Made by a program: the position numbers and the translations under genes. The notes beneath the pieces were generated by a model that saw only the letters and a program-made list of their open reading frames with translations, was not told where the DNA came from and ran no database searches. Below, piece by piece: positions 14,202 through 22,837 of a stretch of DNA of 32,000 nt. Where the stretch lies: assembly GCF_000023205.1 (NCBI RefSeq), contig NC_012803.1:390001-422000 (forward strand), given 5' to 3'. Source of the stretch: Micrococcus luteus NCTC 2665 (GTDB lineage: Bacteria; Actinomycetota; Actinomycetes; Actinomycetales; Micrococcaceae). The stretch's first letter is position 1. Every line of letters starts with the position of its first letter.

Positions 14202-15431
14202 GTGGATCCCGTCATCATCGGCCTGCTGTGCGGAGCGGTCGGACTGTTCACCGGAGTGGCCTCCATGCTGGCCTTCCGGGCGTCCGAGCGCTCGCGGACG
14301 GTGGACCTGACGGTCGGCGAACCCACCCTGGCGCCGGGCGCCGCCGAGGTCCTCTCCGTGGTCGGCCGCGCGTACGCGGTGGTGGACGACGTCGACGGCG
14401 TGGTGCGCGCGAACCCCGCGGCCTACGCCCTCGGCCTCGTGCGGGGGCACTCGCTCGTCCAGGACCAGCTGCGGGAGCTCACGCGGACCGTGCGGGCCGA
14501 CGGCGTCATCGTCGAGCGCCGCATGGAGCTGCCCCGAGGACCCCTCGGGCAGTCGAGCCTCGTCGTCGAGCTGCGCGTGGCCCCGCTGGACGAGGAGTAC
14601 ATCCTGATCCTCGCCGACGACCGCACGGACGTGACCCGCACCGAGGCCATGCGCCACGACTTCGTCGTCAACGTCTCGCACGAGCTCAAGACGCCGGTGG
14701 GTGCCATCTCCCTGCTCTCCGAGGCCATCGGCGACGCCGCGGAGGACGACGAGGCGGTGCGTCGCTTCGCCGCACGGCTGGGCGTCGAGTCCCGCCGGCT
14801 CACGGCCCTCGTGCAGGACATCATCGAGTTCTCCCGGCTGCAGGCCAAGGACGTGGTCCAGGACGGAGGGCCCGTGGACCTCAACGCCGTCGTCGCCGAC
14901 GCCGTGGACCGCCTGCGTCTGACCGCCGAGGACCGCGGCATCGCGCTGCGCGTGGGCGGCCGCGTGGACGCGGTGGTGCACGGGGACCAGGACCAGCTGA
15001 TGACCGCGGTGCGCAACCTGGTAGACAACGCGGTGCGCTACTCCCCGGAGGGCACCACGGTGGGCATCGGCCTGAGCTCCGTGGACGGGCTCGCGCAGGT
15101 CACCGTCACGGACCAGGGCATCGGCATCAGCCCGGAGGAGCAGGAGCGGGTCTTCGAACGCTTCTACCGCGTGGACGCGGCGCGGTCACGCCAGACGGGC
15201 GGCACGGGCCTGGGGCTGAGCATCGTCAAGCACGTCGTCATCAACCACGGAGGGGAGGTCACCCTCTGGTCCCAGCCGGGCCGCGGGTCGACCTTCACCA
15301 TCCGCCTGCCCGAGTGGGGGGACGGTGTCGCCGTCGACGGCGCGCCGGGCGCCGCCCACGTCACCGAGCGGCGCGGTCACCGGGTGACCGCCTCGGCCGC
15401 ACCCCCGACCCGGAAGGAGACGAGCGCATGA
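14202..15431 (+). CDS. senX3: Phosphate-responsive sensor histidine kinase (SenX3/PhoR type)
   Basis: N-terminal TM segment IIGLLCGAVGLFTGVASMLAF. H-box FVVNVSHELKTPV, N-box LVDNAVRYSPEG, G-boxes DQGIGISPEE and GGTGLGLSIVKH. gpm-senX3-regX3 synteny as in mycobacteria. Confidence 0.9.
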   Translation: MDPVIIGLLCGAVGLFTGVASMLAFRASERSRTVDLTVGEPTLAPGAAEVLSVVGRAYAVVDDVDGVVRANPAAYALGLVRGHSLVQDQLRELTRTVRADGVIVERRMELPRGPLGQSSLVVELRVAPLDEEYILILADDRTDVTRTEAMRHDFVVNVSHELKTPVGAISLLSEAIGDAAEDDEAVRRFAARLGVESRRLTALVQDIIEFSRLQAKDVVQDGGPVDLNAVVADAVDRLRLTAEDRGIALRVGGRVDAVVHGDQDQLMTAVRNLVDNAVRYSPEGTTVGIGLSSVDGLAQVTVTDQGIGISPEEQERVFERFYRVDAARSRQTGGTGLGLSIVKHVVINHGGEVTLWSQPGRGSTFTIRLPEWGDGVAVDGAPGAAHVTERRGHRVTASAAPPTRKETSA

Positions 15432-16108
15432 GCCGCATTCTGATCGTGGAGGACGAGGAGTCGTTCAGCGACCCCCTGTCCTACCTCCTGGAGAAGGAGG
15501 GGTTCGAGGTCACCGTCGCCGCCGACGGCAACGAGGCGCTGAGCGTCTTCGAGCGCGACAGCGCGGACCTGATCCTCCTGGACCTGATGCTCCCGGGGAT
15601 GTCCGGCACCGAGGTGTGCCGTCAGGTGCGCCAGCGCTCCAACGTCCCCGTGATCATGCTGACCGCGAAGGACTCGGAGATCGACAAGGTCGTCGGCCTC
15701 GAGCTCGGGGCGGACGACTACGTGACCAAGCCGTACTCCTCGCGTGAGCTGGTGGCCCGCGTCCGCGCCGTGCTGCGCCGTCAGGGGGAGCAGGAGGAGC
15801 CGATGTCGGCGACCATCAGCGCCGGCCCCGTGCGCATGGACGTCGAGCGGCACGTCGTCTCCGTGGACGGCGAGCAGGTGTCCCTGCCGCTCAAGGAGTT
15901 CGAGCTGCTGGAGATGCTGCTGCGCAACGCCGGGCGCGTGCTCACCCGCGGCCAGCTGATCGACCGCGTGTGGGGCTCCGACTACGTGGGGGACACCAAG
16001 ACCCTCGACGTGCACGTGAAGCGCCTGCGCTCCAAGATCGAGCCCGATCCCTCGAGCCCCCGCTACCTCGTCACGGTGCGCGGCCTGGGCTACAAGTTCG
16101 AGGCCTGA
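15428..16108 (+). CDS. regX3: OmpR-family response regulator (RegX3/PhoP type)
   Basis: ATG 15428 overlaps the senX3 stop (ATGA). SD GGAAGGAGA at 15412-15420. Receiver ILIVEDEE...DLILLDLMLPGMSG. Winged helix LTRGQLIDRVWG...TLDVHVKRLRSKIE. Confidence 0.93.
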   Translation: MSRILIVEDEESFSDPLSYLLEKEGFEVTVAADGNEALSVFERDSADLILLDLMLPGMSGTEVCRQVRQRSNVPVIMLTAKDSEIDKVVGLELGADDYVTKPYSSRELVARVRAVLRRQGEQEEPMSATISAGPVRMDVERHVVSVDGEQVSLPLKEFELLEMLLRNAGRVLTRGQLIDRVWGSDYVGDTKTLDVHVKRLRSKIEPDPSSPRYLVTVRGLGYKFEA

Positions 16109-16135
16109 CCGGCGCGCTCCTCCCGGGACGACGAC

Positions 16136-16169
16136 GGCCCCGGCTCCACCTCGCGGTGGGGCCGGGGCC
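16136..16169. terminator. GC-rich hairpin between convergent regX3 and the lipoprotein gene
   Basis: GGCCCCGGCTCCACC / GGTGGGGCCGGGGCC, a 15-bp stem with one G:U pair and loop TCGC. Confidence 0.55.
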
Positions 16170-16199
16170 GTGGCGTGCCGGGCGCGGGCCCGACGGAGG

Positions 16200-16751
16200 T
16201 CAGTGCTCCTCGCCGTAGTGGTGGGTCTCCTCGTGGAGGTGCCCGACGAGATCCTCGTCTGCGGGCTCGACGCCCTCGGGGAGCAGGTCACGGTACTGCT
16301 CCTGGGTGGCGCTCAGCAGCGGGACGGCCAGGTCGGCGGTGCCGCCGTTGCCGGAGACGGTCACGGGCAGGATCTCGCCGACCCACACGCCCTCGCGCTC
16401 CAGGACGGTCGTGTTCGCGTCGTCCTCGAGCTTGCGGCTCTCGCCGGCGGGGACCCTCAGGGTCGCGGAGCTGCCGCCCTCGGCCTGGAAGGTGTAGGTC
16501 TGGTCCTGGCCGGAGGTGTTCTCCACGGTGCCGATCAGGCGGGCGGGACCCGACTCGCCGTCGCCGACGAGGGCGAGGTTGCGGTAGCTCAGGAAGTCCT
16601 GCTCCTGGCCGTTGATGCCGTCCGAGGGGGAGTACGGGATGGCGGTGGCGATCGGGTTGAAGGCGGAGCAGCCGGTGGCGCCCAGCAGGGCGACCGCGGC
16701 CAGCGCACCTGCGGCGAGGTGGCGCCGGGCGGGCCGGGATGCGTTCTTCAC
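16200..16751 (-). CDS. Lipoprotein of unknown function (LpqE-like by position), His-rich C-terminus
   Basis: GTG start at 16751 after GAGGAG. Lipobox in ALAAVALLGATGCSAF. The C-terminus is LVGHLHEETHHYGEEH. Divergent from carD, as lpqE is in M. tuberculosis. Confidence 0.75.
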   Translation of the reverse strand: MKNASRPARRHLAAGALAAVALLGATGCSAFNPIATAIPYSPSDGINGQEQDFLSYRNLALVGDGESGPARLIGTVENTSGQDQTYTFQAEGGSSATLRVPAGESRKLEDDANTTVLEREGVWVGEILPVTVSGNGGTADLAVPLLSATQEQYRDLLPEGVEPADEDLVGHLHEETHHYGEEH

Positions 16752-16917
16752 AGAGGTCTCCTCAGGTGCGATGACGTGCTCAGGTGCCCCGAGGCAGGGG
16801 CCCTGCGAGGTCAGGCTACCGCATCCCGGGACGCCGGCCGGCCTGTGGCGCTGGGTCGTCCACTATCACATCCGGGGGCCGAAGAGGTGACGGCACGCGC
16901 GGCATGACGAGGCCGCA

Positions 16918-16926
16918 TGATAGAAT
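16918..16926 (+). promoter_or_regulatory. carD promoter candidate (extended -10 TGATAGAAT)
   Basis: TG-A-TAGAAT at 16918-16926. It would give a ~20-nt leader carrying GAAAGGGG (16937-16944) before ATG 16953. No good -35. Confidence 0.45.
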
Positions 16927-16952
16927 GAGACGACTGAAAGGGGCACAACAAC

Positions 16953-17435
16953 ATGGTTTTTGAGGTCGGAGAGACCGTCGTCTACCCCCATCACGGTGCT
17001 GCGCGGATCGAGGAGATCAAGATGCGCACCATCAAGGGGGAGGAGAAGATGTACCTCAAGCTCAAGGTGGCGCAGGGAGACCTGACCATCGAGGTCCCTG
17101 CGGAGAACGTCGACCTCGTCGGCGTGCGTGACGTCGTGGATGCGGAGGGACTCGAACACGTCATGGAGGTCCTGCGCGCCGAGCACGTGGAGGAGCCGAC
17201 CAACTGGTCCCGCCGCTACAAGGCGAACCTGGAGAAGCTCGCCAGCGGCGACGTCAACAAGGTGGCCGAGGTCGTCCGCGACCTGTGGCGCCGCGATCAG
17301 GACCGAGGCCTGTCCGCCGGTGAGAAGCGCATGCTCTCGAAGGCCCGCCAGGTGCTCGTGTCCGAGCTGGCGCTGGCCAAGAAGGTCACCGAGGAGGAGG
17401 CCGAGGGTCGCCTGGACAAGGTGCTCGAGGGCTGA
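16953..17435 (+). CDS. carD: CarD-family RNA polymerase-binding transcription regulator
   Basis: [39 protein letters not shown]... is typical of the CarD_TRCF N-domain. 160 aa. Confidence 0.95.
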   Translation: MVFEVGETVVYPHHGAARIEEIKMRTIKGEEKMYLKLKVAQGDLTIEVPAENVDLVGVRDVVDAEGLEHVMEVLRAEHVEEPTNWSRRYKANLEKLASGDVNKVAEVVRDLWRRDQDRGLSAGEKRMLSKARQVLVSELALAKKVTEEEAEGRLDKVLEG

Positions 17436-17451
17436 CGGGCAGCACACGGCC

Positions 17452-17488
17452 GGGGAGGGGTCCGCGTCCACGACGCGGGCCCCTCCCC
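17452..17488 (+). terminator. Hairpin downstream of carD
   Basis: GGGGAGGGGTCCGCGTC / GACGCGGGCCCCTCCCC, a 17-bp stem with one G:U pair and a 3-nt loop. Confidence 0.55.
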
Positions 17489-17554
17489 TGTCTCGTCCCC
17501 GGCCCGTCCGGCGCCGCCCTGGGGGTCCCGGGCCACGGGTACCGGCGCGCTCCC

Positions 17555-17560
17555 TAGGAT
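17555..17560 (+). promoter_or_regulatory. -10-like TAGGAT 6 nt before the ispDF ATG (leaderless candidate)
   Basis: TAGGAT-GAGGCC-ATG (17567). Confidence 0.4.
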
Positions 17561-17566
17561 GAGGCC

Positions 17567-18868
17567 ATGCCCACCGCCCTCGTGATCGCCGCCGCCGGCG
17601 CCGGCACCCGCCTCGGCGCCGGGCTGCCCAAGGCCCTCGCCCCCCTCGCGGACGGGCGCACCCTCCTGCGCCACTGCCTGGAGTCCGTCGCCGCCGCGCG
17701 CGCCGCCGGGCTCGCCCTGGACGCCGTCGTGGTGCTCACCCCGCCGACGGAGGTCGACGCCGGCCGCGTGGCCGCCGAGGTCGACGCCGGCCCGCGCCTG
17801 GACGTGCCCGTGCACTGCGTGCCCGGCGGCGCCGAGCGCGCGGACTCGGTCCGCGCCGGACTCGCCGCGGCCTCCCGCGCTCTGGCCGACTTCGCCCCGG
17901 CGGGGGCGCCCCGCCGTGTCCTCGTCCACGACGCGGCCCGCGCGCTGACCCCGCCGAGCGTGTTCGGGGCCGTCACGGCGGCGCTCGAGACCGGCGCGGT
18001 CGCCGCGGTCCCGGGCCTGCCGCTGACGGACACCGTCAAGCAGGTCACCCCCGGCCGGGGCGGGGTCGACGTCGTCGCGGCCACGCCGGCCCGCGCCGGA
18101 CTGCGCGCGATCCAGACGCCGCAGGGCTTCGACCTGGACACCCTGCTGGCGGCCCACGAGGCCGTGCGCGCGGACCCCACGCTCGACGCCGCGGCGCTCA
18201 CCGACGACGCGATGGTCATGGAGGCCGCGGGGCACGAGGTCGTGGTGGTGCCCGGCGACCCGGCCGCGTTCAAGGTCACCGCCCCTGGCGACCTCGACCT
18301 CGCCCGCCTCGAGCTCGCCCGCCGCGCCCCCCAGGAGGAGGCTCCCATGGACCAGCCCGCCCGCCCCGCCGCCGCGCCCGCCCCCCTGCCGCGCGTGGGG
18401 ATCGGCACCGACGTGCACGCGTGGGCACCCGAGGACGCCCCCCGGCCCCTGTGGCTCGGCGGCATCCACTGGCCCGGCGAGCGGGGCGTGGCCGCGACCT
18501 CGGACGGGGACGTGGTCGCCCACGCGGCGTGCAACGCCCTGCTCTCCGCCGCCGGCCTCGGCGACCTCGGGGCCGTGTTCGGCGTCGACCGGCCCGAGAT
18601 GGCGGACGCCTCCGGCGCGGACATGCTCCGCGAGGTGCTGCGCCTGCTGACGGAGGCGGGCCTCGCCGTCGGGAACGTGGCGGTCCAGGTGGTCGCGCCC
18701 CGGCCCAAGGTGGGCACGCGCCGCGCGGAGATGGAGGCCGCCCTGTCCGCCGCCCTCGGCGGGGCCCCCGTGTCCGTCTCCGCCGCCACCACGGACCGGC
18801 TGGGGTTCATCGGGCGCAGGGAGGGGCTGGTCGGGATCGCGACCGCGCTCGTCGTCCCTGCGGCCTGA
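17567..18868 (+). CDS. ispDF: Bifunctional MEP cytidylyltransferase / MEcPP synthase (IspD-IspF fusion)
   Basis: Single uninterrupted 433-aa ORF. The N-terminal half has IspD motifs ([26 protein letters not shown]). A Pro/Ala linker ([22 protein letters not shown]) follows, then IspF motifs ([26 protein letters not shown]). Confidence 0.9.
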   Translation: MPTALVIAAAGAGTRLGAGLPKALAPLADGRTLLRHCLESVAAARAAGLALDAVVVLTPPTEVDAGRVAAEVDAGPRLDVPVHCVPGGAERADSVRAGLAAASRALADFAPAGAPRRVLVHDAARALTPPSVFGAVTAALETGAVAAVPGLPLTDTVKQVTPGRGGVDVVAATPARAGLRAIQTPQGFDLDTLLAAHEAVRADPTLDAAALTDDAMVMEAAGHEVVVVPGDPAAFKVTAPGDLDLARLELARRAPQEEAPMDQPARPAAAPAPLPRVGIGTDVHAWAPEDAPRPLWLGGIHWPGERGVAATSDGDVVAHAACNALLSAAGLGDLGAVFGVDRPEMADASGADMLREVLRLLTEAGLAVGNVAVQVVAPRPKVGTRRAEMEAALSAALGGAPVSVSAATTDRLGFIGRREGLVGIATALVVPAA

Positions 18869-18941
18869 GCCCGCGCCGGCGCACCGACTAGGCTGGCAGA
18901 GCCCCGTCAGGACCCCGCCCCTCCGGAAGGACCGCGCCCCC

Positions 18942-20399
18942 ATGGCCCAGCGCTTCTACGACACCCGCACCGCGCAGATCCGGGACTTCGAGCCCCTCGT
19001 GCCCGGCGAGGCGTCGGTGTACTACTGCGGGGCCACGGTGCAGGGCATGCCGCACGTGGGCCACGTGCGCAGCGCGATCGTGTTCGACATCCTCATCCGC
19101 TGGCTCGAGGCCACCGGGCTGCGCGTCACCTCGGTGCGGAACGTGACGGACATCGACGACAAGATCCTCGACCGCTCGGCCGCCTCCCACGAGGCCGGCT
19201 TCGAGGCCTCGGACCTCTACCCGGCCCGCGAGCCGTGGTGGGCCCTGGCCTACCGGTTCGAGAAGGCATTCGACGCCGCCTACCTCGCCCTCGGCGTCCG
19301 CCGTCCCACCTACGAGCCGCGCGCCACCGGCCACGTGCCCGAGATGTTCGCGCTCATCGAGCGCCTGATGGAGCGCGGCCACGCCTACCCCGCGCAGGAC
19401 GGCTCGGGCGACGTCTACTTCGACGTCCGGTCCTGGGAGCGCTACGGCGAGCTCACCCGCCAGCGCGTGGAGGACATGCAGGACGCGCCCGACGCCGACC
19501 CGCGCGGCAAGCGCGACCCCCACGACTTCGCCCTGTGGAAGGGCGCCAAGCCCGGTGAGCCCGCCACCGCCGTGTGGGAGTCGCCCTGGGGAGCCGGCCG
19601 CCCCGGATGGCACCTGGAGTGCTCGGCCATGTCCACGAAGTACCTCGGCGCCGAGTTCGACATCCACGGCGGCGGCCTGGACCTGCGGTTCCCGCACCAC
19701 GAGAACGAGCTGGCCCAGTCGGCGGCCGCCGGGGACGGCTTCGCCCGCTTCTGGCTGCACAACGGGCTCGTCACCTACGGCGGCGAGAAGATGTCCAAGT
19801 CCGTGGGCAACACGATCTCCCCCGAGGAGATGCTCGGCATGGCCCGCCCGACGGCGGTGCGCTACTTCCTGGGGCAGGCCCACTACCGCTCCCAGCTCGA
19901 CTACCGGCCCGGCGCCCTCGACGAGGCCGAGGCCGTCGTCGAGCGCATCGAGGGCTTCACGGCCCGCGCCCGCGCCGCCGGCGCCGTCCCGCCCGCCCCC
20001 GACGGGGCGCTCGCGGACCGCGTGCCCGCCGCCTTCCGCACCGCCATGGAGGACGACCTCAACGTGCCCCAGGCGCTCGCGGCCCTGCACGAGGCCGTGC
20101 GCGCCGGCAACTCGGCGCTGGCCGGGCAGGACCTCGACGCCGCGGCCGCCCGCCTGGCCGAGGTGGAGGCCATGACCGCGGTGCTGGGCCTGGACGACGT
20201 GCCCGAGGGCGACGACGCCGCGGCCGGCCCGGTGTCGGACGCACTCGACTCGCTCGTCCGCTCGCAGATCGAGGCGCGGGCGCAGGCCCGCGCGGACAAG
20301 GACTGGGCCACCGCGGACCGCATCCGGGACGCGCTGGCCGCGGCCGGCGTCGTGGTGGAGGACGGTGCCGACGGCGCCACATGGCGCCTGGCGGACTGA
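18942..20399 (+). CDS. cysS: Cysteine--tRNA ligase
   Basis: HIGH-type motif [13 protein letters not shown] present, WHLECSAM zinc site. SD GGAAGGA at 18925-18931. Confidence 0.95.
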   Translation: MAQRFYDTRTAQIRDFEPLVPGEASVYYCGATVQGMPHVGHVRSAIVFDILIRWLEATGLRVTSVRNVTDIDDKILDRSAASHEAGFEASDLYPAREPWWALAYRFEKAFDAAYLALGVRRPTYEPRATGHVPEMFALIERLMERGHAYPAQDGSGDVYFDVRSWERYGELTRQRVEDMQDAPDADPRGKRDPHDFALWKGAKPGEPATAVWESPWGAGRPGWHLECSAMSTKYLGAEFDIHGGGLDLRFPHHENELAQSAAAGDGFARFWLHNGLVTYGGEKMSKSVGNTISPEEMLGMARPTAVRYFLGQAHYRSQLDYRPGALDEAEAVVERIEGFTARARAAGAVPPAPDGALADRVPAAFRTAMEDDLNVPQALAALHEAVRAGNSALAGQDLDAAAARLAEVEAMTAVLGLDDVPEGDDAAAGPVSDALDSLVRSQIEARAQARADKDWATADRIRDALAAAGVVVEDGADGATWRLAD

Positions 20400-20473
20400 C
20401 ACCTAGACTGGAGGGCGATCCGGCGGCGCCCCGCGTGCCGCCGCCCCCGTCCCCGGCACGCAGGAGTCCCGCC

Positions 20474-21463
20474 ATGTCCACCGCCCCCCGCTCCGGCGGA
20501 TCCCGCAAGCCCAAGGGCAAGAAGGGCCCCATGAAGGGCACCGGCGGCCACGGTCGCAAGGCGCTCGAGGGCCGCGGACCCACCCCCAAGGCCGAGGACC
20601 GGGTCTACCACAAGGCACACCGTGCCAAGCAGCTGGCCGAGCGCTCGGCCGCCAAGCGCGGCTCCGTGACGGACCAGGTCCGCGGCCGCGTGAAGCTCAC
20701 GGATGAGACGGTCTCCGGCCGCAACCCCGTGCTCGAGGCGCTGCGCGCGGGCATCCCCGCCAAGGCGCTGCACGTGGCCGTGCGCATCGAGATGGACGAC
20801 CGCGTCAAGGAGGCCCTGCGCCTCTGCCTCGAGCAGGGCGTGCCGGTCCTGGAGAACACCAAGCCGGAGCTGGACCGCCTCTCCGGGGAGGCCGTGCACC
20901 AGGGCATCGTGCTGCAGATCCCGCCCTATGAGTACGCGGACGCCACGGCCCTGGCCCTCGACGCGCTCGCGAAGCACGAGAAGGGGCACCTGCGGACACC
21001 GCCGCTGCTGATCGCGCTCGACGGCATCACCGACCCCCGCAACCTCGGCGCCATCATCCGGGCCGGCTCCGCGTTCGACGCGGACGGCGTGATCGTGCCC
21101 GAGCGGCGCTCCGTCGGCGTGACCGCCACCGCCTGGCGCACCTCGGCCGGCGCGGCCGCGCGGGTGCCCGTGGCCCAGGCCGGCAACCTGAACACCACCC
21201 TCGTCGACCTGCACAAGGCCGGTTACTTCGTGCTGGGTCTCGACGGCGGCGGGGACGTCTGCCTGCCCGGGCTCGCCCTGGCCACGGAGCCGCTCGTGCT
21301 CGTGGTGGGGGCCGAGGGCAAGGGTCTGTCCCGCATGGTGCGGGAGCACTGCCAGCAGATCGTGTCCATCCCGATCGACTCGACGATGGAGTCCCTCAAC
21401 GCCTCGATGGCGGTGGGCATCTCCCTGTACGAGATCTCGGTGCAGCGCGCCGGCGGGCGCTGA
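20474..21463 (+). CDS. rlmB: 23S rRNA (guanosine-2'-O)-methyltransferase RlmB (SpoU/TrmH family)
   Basis: ATG 20474 follows CAGGAG. Basic N-terminal extension (GGSRKPKGKKGPMKGTGGHGRK), then SpoU motifs DGITDPRNLGAIIRAG, LVVGAEGKGLSR, IPIDSTMESLNASMAVGISLYE. Confidence 0.88.
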   Translation: MSTAPRSGGSRKPKGKKGPMKGTGGHGRKALEGRGPTPKAEDRVYHKAHRAKQLAERSAAKRGSVTDQVRGRVKLTDETVSGRNPVLEALRAGIPAKALHVAVRIEMDDRVKEALRLCLEQGVPVLENTKPELDRLSGEAVHQGIVLQIPPYEYADATALALDALAKHEKGHLRTPPLLIALDGITDPRNLGAIIRAGSAFDADGVIVPERRSVGVTATAWRTSAGAAARVPVAQAGNLNTTLVDLHKAGYFVLGLDGGGDVCLPGLALATEPLVLVVGAEGKGLSRMVREHCQQIVSIPIDSTMESLNASMAVGISLYEISVQRAGGR

Positions 21464-21696
21464 CCTCCACGGCGCCCCCGCCCGGGATGACGGCCAGGCG
21501 GGGACGCGGGTGTCGCACACGGCGCCGGCGGGGGCAGAGTGTCTACAGTGACGCCGATCACATGGCAGGATGTCGCGTGGATACGCGCACGTCTTGCCTG
21601 TGATGCGTGTCACCGCGCACAGTGTCTGCACTGTGTCCGACGGGCCCCCGTCGGCGAGCGCATCCCGCACCGCACCATCAGAACGAGGTCCGTCTC

Positions 21697-22707
21697 ATGA
21701 AGCACCGCTCCCTCCCCCTCACCGCCGCCCTCGCCCTCGCCGCCCTCGGGCTCACGGCGTGCGGCGACTCCGGCTCCGGCGGCTCCGGCTCGTCCTCCGC
21801 CGCCGGCGGCGACGGCTCCTACACCGTGGGCATCAACCAGCTCGTCTCCCACCCGGCGCTCGACGGCGCGGCCGAGGGCTTCAAGGAGGCGTTCGAGGAC
21901 GCCGGCCTGGACGTGACGTTCGAGGAGCAGAACGCCCAGAACGAGCAGGCCACGGTCACCTCCATCGCCTCCACCTTCGCCAACGACGCGGACGTGGACC
22001 TCGTGGCCGCCATCGCGACCCCCGCCGCGCAGGGCACCGCCTCGGCCGTGAAGGACAAGCCGGTCGTGTTCATGGCGGTCACCGACCCCAAGGGCGCCGA
22101 GCTCGTGGCCTCGGACGAGGCCCCGGGCGGCAACGTCACCGGCGTCTCGGACCGCAACCCGGTCAAGGAGCAGCTGCAGCTGCTCAAGGACGTGAAGCCG
22201 GACGCCACGACCGTCGGCATCGTCTACAACTCCGGCGAGGCCAACTCCAAGGTCCAGGTGGACCAGGCCAAGGAGGCCGGCAAGGAGCTGGGCCTCGAGG
22301 TCAAGGAGGCCACCATCACCAACTCGTCCGAGGTCCAGCAGGGCGTGCAGTCCCTGTCCGGCGTGGACGGCATCTACGTGCCCACGGACAACGCCGTCGT
22401 CTCGGCGCTGGAGACCGTGGTGGGCTACGGCAAGGAGCAGCGCGTCCCCGTCATCTCGGCGGACATCGACTCCGTCGAGCGCGGCGCCCTGGGCACGTAC
22501 GGCATCGACTACACGGCGCACGGCAAGCAGGCCGGCGAGATGGCCGTGAAGATCCTCAAGGACGGCGCGAAGCCGGCCGAGCTGCCCGTGGGCTACGCCG
22601 ACCCGGCCAACCTGCAGCTCGTGCTGAACCCGACGGCCGCCGAGGCCTACGGCGTCGAGATCCCCGCCGAGCTCACGGACAGGGCCGACCAGCTCGTCGA
22701 GGGCTGA
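21697..22707 (+). CDS. ABC transporter substrate-binding lipoprotein (ABC_sub_bind / PF04392-like)
   Basis: ATG 21697. Signal plus lipobox MKHRSLPLTAALALAALGLTACGDSG. YTVGINQLVSHPALDGAAEGFKEAF is typical of this family. Family call from memory. Confidence 0.85.
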   Translation: MKHRSLPLTAALALAALGLTACGDSGSGGSGSSSAAGGDGSYTVGINQLVSHPALDGAAEGFKEAFEDAGLDVTFEEQNAQNEQATVTSIASTFANDADVDLVAAIATPAAQGTASAVKDKPVVFMAVTDPKGAELVASDEAPGGNVTGVSDRNPVKEQLQLLKDVKPDATTVGIVYNSGEANSKVQVDQAKEAGKELGLEVKEATITNSSEVQQGVQSLSGVDGIYVPTDNAVVSALETVVGYGKEQRVPVISADIDSVERGALGTYGIDYTAHGKQAGEMAVKILKDGAKPAELPVGYADPANLQLVLNPTAAEAYGVEIPAELTDRADQLVEG

Positions 22708-22723
22708 TCCCGCGCCTGCCCGC

Positions 22724-22765
22724 CTCCGCGGCGGCCCGGACCACGGGGTCCGGGCCGCCGCGGAG
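22724..22765 (+). terminator. Strong intra-operon hairpin between the binding-protein and permease genes
   Basis: CTCCGCGGCGGCCCGGACC (22724-22742), loop ACGG, GGTCCGGGCCGCCGCGGAG (22747-22765). Perfect 19-bp stem. Confidence 0.55.
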
Positions 22766-22837
22766 CACGTCGGCGGCCGGCCCACCCCGTCCCGCCGTCG
22801 TCCGTCCCCCTCGCACCGCCCGAAAGGCACCCACCCC

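Noticed and set aside
11584-14981. 573-aa and 579-aa minus-strand ORFs across the methyltransferase, gpmA, phoU and senX3 genes
   Set aside because: These are shadow ORFs with no motifs. They overlap genes that have unambiguous catalytic signatures.
16761-16787. 9-nt direct repeat CTCAGGTGC x2 (18-nt period) just upstream of the lipoprotein start
   Set aside because: It is short, has only two copies, and one copy overlaps the SD. The period does not fit the 11-nt PHO-box phasing. It is compatible with chance.
18300-18400. Possibility that ispDF is two genes joined by a missed stop or frameshift
   Set aside because: I read the linker in frame and found no stop codon, and both halves are in the same frame. 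It is kept as a fusion, but read-level confirmation is listed under findings.
17297-21670. 548-aa, 504-aa and 589-aa minus-strand ORFs antisense to ispDF, cysS and rlmB
   Set aside because: These are shadow ORFs opposite strongly conserved housekeeping genes.
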